From assembly GCA_963783575.1 (NCBI GenBank), contig CAWAOD010000013.1, positions 192,001-256,000 of the forward strand: 64,000 nt of DNA, given 5' to 3'. The notes below the pieces were generated by a model. The model worked only from the letters and a program-made list of their open reading frames with translations, was not told the DNA's origin and did no database searches. The translations under genes were made by a program, and so were the position numbers. Positions 20,883 through 28,804 of the stretch are shown piece after piece. This stretch comes from an uncultured Spirochaetota bacterium (lineage in GTDB: Bacteria; Spirochaetota; Brevinematia; Brevinematales; JAOACQ01). Every line of letters begins with the position of its first letter. Position 1 is the stretch's first letter.

Positions 20883-21112
20883 TCCTGCCTTCCTTTAATG
20901 AATTTTCATTAAAGGTAATCTTCAAGCCTCTCTATGGGAAATCTGTTTGTGACAGGTATGGGAATTTCATTTATTGCTACCCTGGTAAATTAGTTTATCA
21001 TTTCCACAAGCGGGATGAGAGACGCGGGGTGGGTTGAAGGAGATGGAGGGGAGTGGTTTTGGGGAGTTCTGATATTTTGAGGTGTATAAAATAACCTTGC
21101 AAAGGAGAATCT

Positions 21113-21724
21113 ATGAGTACAAATAAAATTCAAACAGTTGGATTGAAACCTGAAGGAATCAAAGGACGAATTGCTGGTATAATAATGAATTTTATACATA
21201 ATAAACAATATAAAAATATTATCAATAAGTACATAATTGATATAATTGACTCAAAAAATCAGGCATCAATACTTGATATTGGATGTGGAGGAGGAAAATT
21301 AATAAATATTCTTTATACAATGTTACAAAATTCAAAAATCTATGGAATTGATCATTCAATTGATATGGTTAATCTTTCAAAAAAAATAAATAAGAAAGGA
21401 ATTGTAGATGGAGCAGTTGAAATTATACAAGGTGATGTTAATAAGCTACCATTCTCTGATAAATTTTTTAACATTATAACTGCTTTTGACACTATAAATT
21501 TTTGGAAAGATTTAGATATTTCTTTAATGGAAATTAAACGAGTTTTGAAACAAAATGGTATTCTTTTTATAGTTAATGGCTACCCGAAAGCAGGAACAAA
21601 ATGGTATGATTTTGTAAAATTTAAAAGTGATGATGAATATAGAGATTTTTTGACTGAGAATGGTTTTAAAGAAATAAATATAGTTATTGAAAATAATACT
21701 ATTATAATACAGGCATTGAAGTGA
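21113..21724 (+). CDS. Cassette: class I SAM-dependent methyltransferase
   Basis: ILDIGCGGG, GDVNKLPF, EIKRVLKQNG; bracketed by a 19/23 IR (21081-21103 / 21729-21751). Confidence 0.9.
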   Translation: MSTNKIQTVGLKPEGIKGRIAGIIMNFIHNKQYKNIINKYIIDIIDSKNQASILDIGCGGGKLINILYTMLQNSKIYGIDHSIDMVNLSKKINKKGIVDGAVEIIQGDVNKLPFSDKFFNIITAFDTINFWKDLDISLMEIKRVLKQNGILFIVNGYPKAGTKWYDFVKFKSDDEYRDFLTENGFKEINIVIENNTIIIQALK

Positions 21725-21743
21725 AACATTTGCAAGGTTACTT

Positions 21744-22034
21744 CGTACAACGGCATTATATGAAAAGTTAATTTCAAGTAATAATCCTCCCTTTCCAAAC
21801 AGTCCTGTTTGGTTTTTGCCCTCAAGCGGGAGGAGAGACGCGGGGCGTGTTGAAGGAGAAGGCGGGATGGTCAGTGTCAAGTAACCCACAGGGGCCGAAG
21901 GCACCGCACGACCCCAGGCAATGTTAGGGCTTCGACAGTTTTGGTTTTTTTCCTGATTTGGCATGTTTCCCACACTTTCGCTTTCCACGACAAATTTAGA
22001 TGTTTTACGAAGGTCATATATAACGAGTTGGACG
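21744..22034 (+). repeat. Inter-cassette repeat R7, extended mosaic form
   Basis: Type A core followed by a CCCAGGCA..AGGGCTTC..GTTTTGGTTTTT block shared with the R6 left arm; ends CGAGTTGGACG. Confidence 0.75.
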
Positions 22035-22074
22035 AAATGTCCTGCCGGCTTTTAATTTATAAATAAGAAACAGC

Positions 22075-22121
22075 TTGACATATAACATTATTAATAGTAC
22101 TATATATAATACTATTAATAA
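22075..22121 (+). promoter_or_regulatory. TA promoter with overlapping operator palindrome
   Basis: TTGACA-17-TACTAT; 12-bp perfect IR TTATTAATAGTA / TACTATTAATAA at 22088-22121. Confidence 0.7.
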
Positions 22122-22133
22122 GGAGATTATTTT

Positions 22134-22391
22134 ATGGTTCATACTATTACAGCGAATGATCTTAAAACAAAAGGGGTCAATGCCATCGATGAAGCAACAC
22201 ATGAAGGAAGCGAAGCATTTATATCAATCCGAGGTAAAAATAAATTTGTTGTTTTATCTCTGGATAAATACAACTACTTAAGAGAATGCGAATTGGAAGC
22301 CGCATTATTTGAGGCAAGAAAAGATATAAAAAATGACAAATTCTTTATAGAATCCGTTGATGATCATATCAAGAGAATTAAAAATGCCTAA
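22134..22391 (+). CDS. Phd/YefM-like antitoxin
   Basis: ITANDLKTKG..AFISIRGKNKFVVL; overlaps the toxin gene. Confidence 0.8.
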   Translation: MVHTITANDLKTKGVNAIDEATHEGSEAFISIRGKNKFVVLSLDKYNYLRECELEAALFEARKDIKNDKFFIESVDDHIKRIKNA

Positions 22392-22656
22392 GATTTTTTA
22401 TACTGAAAGTTATAATAAAAGAGCTTCAAAATTTATAAAAAAATATCCTGAATTAATTGGACAATATGAAAAAACATTAAACCTAATGGAAATTGATCCA
22501 AATCATCCTTCATTAAGATTACATAAACTAAAAGGAAAATTGTCTGAATTATATTCAATTTCTATAAATATTTCTTATCGAATCACAATTGATTTTATAA
22601 TAGAGAACGGCATCATTATTCCGATTGATGTTGGATCTCACGACGATGTGTATTAA
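22384..22656 (+). CDS. RelE/ParE-superfamily toxin
   Basis: DPNHPSLRLHKLKG, SINISYRI and C-terminal VGSHDDVY. Confidence 0.85.
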   Translation: MPKIFYTESYNKRASKFIKKYPELIGQYEKTLNLMEIDPNHPSLRLHKLKGKLSELYSISINISYRITIDFIIENGIIIPIDVGSHDDVY

Positions 22657-22850
22657 TTAAATAGGCAATCCGCAGCGCCTGGCAGGCTTCTAACGTTGCA
22701 ATACTGTGTAGCCCCAGGCGATAGTTGAAAAGCGGAAAATATTTTCGGTGTTAACAATTAACTTTTTGGTATAGTAATAAAAAGATAATTTATACAAATT
22801 TTTGCAAATATTATTCATGCGGCTTAGCTGGCATTTCTTTATTTTGTCTT

Positions 22851-23780
22851 TTATATATAATAAATCTCACGATTCTTTCTGGCCGGAACGAAATGATATT
22901 CGACCGCCGGATAACCGATGATAAGGGCATTGTAAACAGCCATTTTCTCAGGTATCCTTACTATCTTATTGATCGCCGGGTAAAGTCCTGAAAACATTGC
23001 ACTGATAGTGCCTGAGTAGCACGTGCCGAGTCCTATCGAAGGAGCCATTAAAGCAACCGTCTGAGCGGCAAGGTCAGCATCGGTCTTAGCCATAAATTCA
23101 TGCTGTGGCCCGAGGAAGAGGAGAAGACAAGGAGCATGAAATAGCACCGGATCCATTCCCTTCTCAAAGGCCTCGGCTTGTTTATCGTATACCCGCCCTA
23201 ACTCAGAGAACATGAAATAAGTTTCCTTGCCTAGGACTTTCTTCATTATTAATGAAAAAGGGAAACTATTGATCTGCTTCGACATTTTTTTCGACATTTT
23301 CATCCCTATTTCTGTGAGTTTTTTTAAAATCTCAGGTGACCATATGACAATAACGTCAATATATTGTTTATTATGACCTGTCGGCGAATACTTAACCGCC
23401 TCGACCAGTTTATAAATGTCCTCCTGTTTTACAGGCATTTCTTTATAGGATCTGACTGAACGCCGGGCCATTATCAGATTTAATGCTGCTTCTGAATCGG
23501 GGATAGAGGAAGCCCTTCCTGTTAAGGCTATGTTGCCTACCGTTATTGCTCCCTCTGGACAGGAGGCAGCGCAGTTGTTGCACTGGAAGCAAAGACGCCT
23601 AACTATCTCATTTTCTAGATTGTCAAGCCCTGCCGCCCGGGTAATAGGACAGACCAGCAGGCATTTATTACAATTAATGCACTTCCCACTGTCGATAGAT
23701 AATTTAATAACATTCCCGCGTGGCATTTTTTCATTCTTTTTCATTATCAAACCTCCTATCTGAATATTTAAAAATCCCAA
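22851..23780 (-). CDS. 4Fe-4S dicluster plus nitroreductase-family protein
   Basis: Two CxxCxxCxxxCP motifs, RRSVRSY, SPTGHNKQ, GLGTC. Confidence 0.9.
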   Translation of the reverse strand: MGFLNIQIGGLIMKKNEKMPRGNVIKLSIDSGKCINCNKCLLVCPITRAAGLDNLENEIVRRLCFQCNNCAASCPEGAITVGNIALTGRASSIPDSEAALNLIMARRSVRSYKEMPVKQEDIYKLVEAVKYSPTGHNKQYIDVIVIWSPEILKKLTEIGMKMSKKMSKQINSFPFSLIMKKVLGKETYFMFSELGRVYDKQAEAFEKGMDPVLFHAPCLLLFLGPQHEFMAKTDADLAAQTVALMAPSIGLGTCYSGTISAMFSGLYPAINKIVRIPEKMAVYNALIIGYPAVEYHFVPARKNREIYYI

Positions 23781-24151
23781 TTTTTGTTATATATACTTAA
23801 AAATATAGGTTTAAAAATTAAGCTTTTTCGTAAGTATGCGATTTATTTATCGTTTATTTTTTTCCGGCTGATATCGAATTGTTTTTATCAAAGGCTATTG
23901 ATAAGGCTGTTCTTCATTAATATCACCTTTATAACTTTTAATAAATGCAACATCTCCAACATCAACAGCCTCAAATAAAGTTTTCATATTGATTATTTCC
24001 CTTTCACTATTTTTTAATCCTGAAAAATAATAAGATATTAATTTTAGAATAAAGTATTGAAAAAATCATGAAAAGTGATTTATTATTTTATTAACCAATG
24101 GAAAATTCCAATTTATGAAAATGATAATGCTGATACATTAAGTCAAAGAGT

Positions 24152-24235
24152 CCTTAAGCGGGAGTAGAGAAGCGGGGCGGGTTTGAAGGAGAAGGCGGAG
24201 GGTGGGTTTGGGTAGCTTGTTTATTTCGAAATATG
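24152..24235 (+). repeat. Right-half fragment of the type A repeat
   Basis: CCTTAAGCGGGAGTAGAGAAGCGGGG...TTGAAGGAGAAGG...TATTTCGA. Confidence 0.7.
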
Positions 24236-24247
24236 CCATATTCCCCA

Positions 24248-24365
24248 TGTGTTAGGATAGTTGTCGCCTAAAATATTAGGGGATAAAAAATGAATAGTCA
24301 AATCCATTCTGAGGAATTCAGGAAAGTTATTGTCCAAAAAATTAGTATGCCTGGCGGGAAAACAG
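24248..24365 (+). pseudogene. IS3-like transposase orfA stub
   Basis: MNSQIHSEEFRKVIVQKISMPGGKT resembles IS3 OrfA starts; the similarity ends after about 25 codons. Confidence 0.45.
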
Positions 24366-24691
24366 AAGCAGAATTGAACCAGAAGCCTTTTATAAAAGGA
24401 GTATTTATCATATTGTCAATTATTACCTCTAAATTAATTGCTGCGGGATGCTCGTCGAATAAACAAAAAAGCTTCTGATCCCTGCCGGGAGATTAATAAA
24501 AAGCGGAAATACTGTTAATATTTCACCGGATACAAAATCATTTACACCTGAAATATAGGAGGATCTTCGGAAAAACCATTCTTGCTTTCTTGGGAACCAA
24601 CATCAGGATTCCGGTAACAAGTTGGGTCAGAATCATCAACCCATTATAGCAACTGGTATCCAAATTACCTTTATTCCATCCATTAAACAAA

Positions 24692-24742
24692 AACGGGCGA
24701 ACCCGAGGGCCGCAGCCCAAAGCGTATATCCGCGGTTGTACG
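24692..24742 (-). repeat. attC site, type B, left arm only (minus strand)
   Basis: Minus strand CGTACAAC-CGCGG-ATATACGC...GGCTGCGG..CTCGGGTTCGCCCGTT directly after the cassette genes. Confidence 0.7.
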
Positions 24743-24802
24743 AAAGGCTTGGCAATTGATTAATGATAACTTTATATTTACTTTTTTTATTTTTTGTGGA
24801 TT

Positions 24803-25354
24803 TTACATAAGTGAAGGAACCATTCCCTTTTTAGTATGTTTTATATAAGCTTTCTGATAATTATTTGTTATGTTATTTATTAATAACATAACCTCCAATT
24901 GTACATTTATTATTTCATTTTCCTTTTTTTCAATTATTCCTTCTTGATTATTGATATAAAATCTATATTCTAAAGATTGTTTAGTATTTGTAAAAAAATA
25001 TGGTAATAATTTATTATCATAAGAATTATTAGTTTCAGTTATATCATTCCCTTTATAAATATTTTTAATGTTGATAGATTGAATAATAAACTCATTTGTT
25101 GATTTACTTTCTATTTTAATAATATTATTAAATCCAAATCCAAGATCATCATCATCAGCAATATATATTTTGTAATAATCATTGTTAGCTATATCTCTAT
25201 CAGTATCAGATAAATCTGTTACTAAAAAATAAGCTTCAGTCATAAAAGGTTCTTTGGATGGACAAGATGATAAACATGAAATCATAAATATTGATAATAA
25301 AATGAGAAAAAAATAATATTTAAAAATAAAAATTTTAGCCATAATATACTCCAA
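24803..25354 (-). CDS. Cassette: putative lipoprotein
   Basis: Hydrophobic leader ending MISC. Confidence 0.6.
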   Translation of the reverse strand: MEYIMAKIFIFKYYFFLILLSIFMISCLSSCPSKEPFMTEAYFLVTDLSDTDRDIANNDYYKIYIADDDDLGFGFNNIIKIESKSTNEFIIQSINIKNIYKGNDITETNNSYDNKLLPYFFTNTKQSLEYRFYINNQEGIIEKKENEIINVQLEVMLLINNITNNYQKAYIKHTKKGMVPSLM

Positions 25355-25399
25355 CTTTTTATAAATTAGAAAAATACAGCCACGAATGGCGGTGTTAAT

Positions 25400-26434
25400 T
25401 TATAAATTATTTATCCAATTTAAATATTCCCCTGATTCATTCTTGTTTAAAATATTAGTTACTTTTTTGTATGAACTTGTATCATTTATTTTTTTGAATA
25501 AAATAGGGGATAATTTAACAATATAATCAGATGAATTAATATTTTCAAAAATATATCTCTTTAAACCATCAATATGAGAAATATAGGCATCCCCTTTGTA
25601 GTCAATCGAAGCTATAATGCCTTTAATATACATTATTTTTATGCAATTGTTATTATTATCATTATCCCATAAAGTTTTATACAATTGAAGAATATCTTTT
25701 TCACCCCATAAACCTTCCTTTGAAACAATTTTATTCTGAATTAACGTTTGCATTAATAATTGACCAAGACCATCTAAATAATATGGTACAACATTATTTT
25801 GAGGTCTTTGATAAATGTTAACTAAATCAATAGTCTTGCATTTTGCTAATTTTATAAATTTTACAATTAATAAATCAGATGCAATTGCTCCTGCTTCAGG
25901 TGTACTTTTTCCTAATGTTTTATATTCAACAATTAGTTTTTCTATTTTATTTTTTGTCTCAAAAACATAGATTTTAATTACAGTTTGTAGATTTAAATAA
26001 TTCTTTTCAACTGTTCCAGTTATTATATAATCATACCTATTTTTAAGTTGATCATTTAATTCAATTCCACTCGTTCTTTTTGCGCTTACAATTGGACCAA
26101 TATTTTTTACACAAAAAACATAATTCACTGGTTCAATATCAGATTCTATAAAAAGTCGCTCAAATATATATAAAGGTATTGATCGAGAAGTCCTGCCAAT
26201 ATCGTCCTCTCTTTGTTGTGTTTCAACTTTTGGCATGTTCATTTGTTTAATACTAAAATCAAAAATAGCAACTTTACTATTTCTTTTGATATTTGGAAAT
26301 AACCAAGAAGCATCATTAAGGCCAAAAGCCCAAATAGGTTTATCAATTGGAATTGAAACGATATCATTAGAATTTAAAGCCCATAGTTGTACTGAAAACA
26401 ATAAAAATAAAGATATAAATAATTTGTGAATCAT
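25400..26434 (-). CDS. Cassette: exported hypothetical protein
   Basis: Signal peptide (VQLWA), GAAAGGA RBS, AT-rich. Confidence 0.7.
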   Translation of the reverse strand: MIHKLFISLFLLFSVQLWALNSNDIVSIPIDKPIWAFGLNDASWLFPNIKRNSKVAIFDFSIKQMNMPKVETQQREDDIGRTSRSIPLYIFERLFIESDIEPVNYVFCVKNIGPIVSAKRTSGIELNDQLKNRYDYIITGTVEKNYLNLQTVIKIYVFETKNKIEKLIVEYKTLGKSTPEAGAIASDLLIVKFIKLAKCKTIDLVNIYQRPQNNVVPYYLDGLGQLLMQTLIQNKIVSKEGLWGEKDILQLYKTLWDNDNNNNCIKIMYIKGIIASIDYKGDAYISHIDGLKRYIFENINSSDYIVKLSPILFKKINDTSSYKKVTNILNKNESGEYLNWINNL

Positions 26435-26516
26435 AAAATATCCTTTCCATTTATTTTTGTATCATCAAGCCCGCCAAGGAAGGCGGGCAAGAAAACAAAG
26501 TCCAAGCAGTTTATGG

Positions 26517-26620
26517 CGTACAACTCGATATATACGAAACAATTCGTATATTATTCTAAAAAATGTGTAATATACGAAACCTGCCGTATATTACTTTACT
26601 TTTAGTATATATTACGAAAC
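26517..26620 (-). other. attI-like recombination site
   Basis: Minus strand TTTCGTATATATCGAGTTGTACG core; TACGAAAC boxes at 26533, 26573 and 26613 (40-bp period); lies between the integrase remnant and the first cassette. Confidence 0.65.
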
Positions 26621-26631
26621 TTAGTCTTGTT

Positions 26632-26750
26632 TTATAAAGTATCCAGTGGACATATAATATTCCTTAATACTTTATTACTGATATAAGTGTAAATCTTTGT
26701 ATTTTTAATGCTTTTAAACAATAGTTATTATTATATCATAAATCAGTTTT
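26632..26750 (-). pseudogene. Eroded tyrosine recombinase (integron-integrase-like) C-terminus
   Basis: Manual translation gives TDL*Y ... KSIKNTKIYTYISNKVLRNIICPLDTL*, matching the GTDLRYIQELLGH.SIKTT.IYTHVS.....I.SPLD consensus. Confidence 0.7.
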
Positions 26751-27108
26751 GTAATTTAAACATTATATTATAACATAGTTGATCCGGAATAGTATCACCC
26801 AAAAGGGGTGATATGGATAATCAAACTTTTAATGATTATAATGTTATACAATTATTAAACAGCAAAATCACTTAAAATCTGCCGGTCAACGGACATAAAT
26901 ATTTTTATTATAACATTTTAATTTATTGATTGTCAAGAATCATTTTGTAAATAGATATAACCTCTCTTCCACAAACAGTGGACTTTTGTAAATATTCAGA
27001 ACAGCCGGCCAATAACCAAAAAGAACTGTCAATTTCAGATTATTATTAATCATAAAATAATTTCCCGGCTGTTCTTCTCTACAAAATACACGAGATAGTA
27101 AAGCAGAG

Positions 27109-27545
27109 ATGAAGTGTCCTTTTTGAGAGCGAATTGGAGGAGCGCCCAGCCGATCTGTATGGGAATAAAATTCCGTTTGAAACACGGATGTGAGTTAAAG
27201 GAGGGCAAAACCAAGTAACAACGGGAACAGGATGCTCCATGACATCCATCCAATAATTATGCAGCCAGCAGAGTGTCAGCTCGGCAGCGGCACGATGTCG
27301 CACAGCGGAGAAAGTCATTTCTGCAAGCACGTACGGCATCGTGTTAATTGGTAAACTAACGTTCGCCACTGCCTTATAAATAAAAATAAATCTCTCATGG
27401 TGCAGTCCGTACGCCCGTTGTTACTTGGTCTCTTAAAAAGAGGACTTTTCATAAAAGTCAGAAGGGGGACAAGGATGTCCCATGAGATTCTTTTAAATTT
27501 GAAAAATAAGCGCCGAACCCCGTTCGGCGAGTAACACGATGTTAC
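27109..27545. repeat. Cluster of three REP-like three-hairpin elements within nested inverted repeats
   Basis: Copies at 27222-27301 (-), 27333-27416 (+) and 27466-27545 (-). Perfect 16-bp IR ACCAAGTAACAACGGG (27210-27225) / CCCGTTGTTACTTGGT (27414-27429). Confidence 0.75.
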
Positions 27546-27700
27546 ATAGTGCAACGATTGCGCAAATGACCTGCCCCCTCGGTCGGAATTTCCCTTATAG
27601 TAAAAAGGAAAATTGTTTTGGTTTATTTATATATATAGAACATCCGAAAATAATTAATGTGAAATTATCATCGCTGCCATTGAAGGAAAAGGAGGTTTTC

Positions 27701-28513
27701 ATGCTTTTTCAAAAAGAAGTAATAATAGAATCGAGGAATTCATTTTTAAACTATTTTTCCGGTAAAATTGATTTTGCGGTAATTCTGGGCTCAGGCCTTT
27801 CTGAAATTATACAAAATTATGAGATAATAAAAGAAATAAAATTCGAGGATATAAAGCATTTGAAAACTTCTCATGTCGAAGGTCATAAAAACAAATTTGT
27901 GATAGTGAAATATGGAAATAAAAATATTCTGTTTATTGTTGGAAGAGTACATATGTACGAAGGCTATAGCGCTTTTGAAGTAAGCCTTGCCGCTGCATTA
28001 TCAGGAGAACTGGGAATTGAGAATATTATTCTTACAAATGCTGCCGGAGGTATAAACAAAAGTTTTTGCAGGGGAAACATAATGGCTATAACCGATCATA
28101 TTAATCTTCAAGGGGCAAGCCCGCTCGAAGGCATACCCGATTCTTCAAAATTCACGGATATGAGCAGGGCATACAATATTGACCTTGTTAAAGAGATGAA
28201 AAGTAAATTCGGGATTAAGTCAGGCATTTACATTGCTGTTCCGGGGCCGAATTATGAGACACCCTCCGAAATTAAATTCTTCCGCAGGGCAGGCGCCGAT
28301 GCCGTAGGAATGTCAACTGTAATGGAAGCGATAATGGCAAACTATTATAAGATGAAAGTTTACGGATTTTCCCTCATTACAAATATGGCGGCCGGTGTAC
28401 AGCAAAGCCTTTCGCATAGTGAAGTTGTAGAGGCCGGTAAAAAAGGCGGAAATGATTTACTGAATATTATAAATTTTATTATGGATTATGGTATATTTAA
28501 AAAAGGCGAATAA
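27701..28513 (+). CDS. punA: Purine-nucleoside phosphorylase
   Basis: AGGAGG RBS before ATG 27701; ILGSGL, GRVHMYEG, TNAAGG, GPNYETPSE, VGMSTV, ITNMAAG. Confidence 0.93.
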   Translation: MLFQKEVIIESRNSFLNYFSGKIDFAVILGSGLSEIIQNYEIIKEIKFEDIKHLKTSHVEGHKNKFVIVKYGNKNILFIVGRVHMYEGYSAFEVSLAAALSGELGIENIILTNAAGGINKSFCRGNIMAITDHINLQGASPLEGIPDSSKFTDMSRAYNIDLVKEMKSKFGIKSGIYIAVPGPNYETPSEIKFFRRAGADAVGMSTVMEAIMANYYKMKVYGFSLITNMAAGVQQSLSHSEVVEAGKKGGNDLLNIINFIMDYGIFKKGE

Positions 28514-28804
28514 ACTTAATTGAAGATTATTTTCGTGCTTAATTATAAGTTAATTATTAATTTACTGATAATTAATAATCAGTTCTTATAATAAGTTAAT
28601 ATATAATTGGATAGGCGAATAATCATAAGTCTTTCATTGCAATTAACTGACTTATTTATGTGTAATATCATTATAATTAACATAAAATATTGTCAATTAA
28701 TTTTATCAAATAATTTTTTTTTAATAAACTATTAAAAATATATTGCAAGATAAAAAATAATATTGTATAATTTAAATTATAAATAATGGAAGCGTACGAT
28801 AATT

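Larger units (their letters stand above)
18469..21006 (-). mobile_element. IS21-family insertion sequence with 5-bp target duplication CAAGC
   Basis: Ends TGGAAATGTCAA / TTATCATTTCCA; CAAGC at 18464-18468 and 21007-21011; repeated TTTCCCA subterminal motifs. Confidence 0.93.
18381..21088 (+). repeat. Inter-cassette repeat R6, split by IS21 (18381-18468 and 21007-21088)
   Basis: Removing the IS restores TTTTGCCCTCAAGCGGGATGAGAGACGCGGG, the shared repeat core. Confidence 0.8.

Noticed and set aside
11458..22034. CRISPR array interpretation of the recurring repeats
   Set aside because: The repeats are over 130 bp, degenerate and separated by whole genes; no cas genes are present.
27061..27600. 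RNase P RNA, group I/II intron or retron RNA
   Set aside because: The GAGGAAAGTCC and AGAACCCGGCTTA RNase P signatures, a complete group II domain V and any reverse transcriptase are absent. The pairing is explained by inverted copies of a dispersed repeat.
27539..27700. N-terminal extension of punA
   Set aside because: It begins inside the repeat; AGGAGG precedes ATG 27701.
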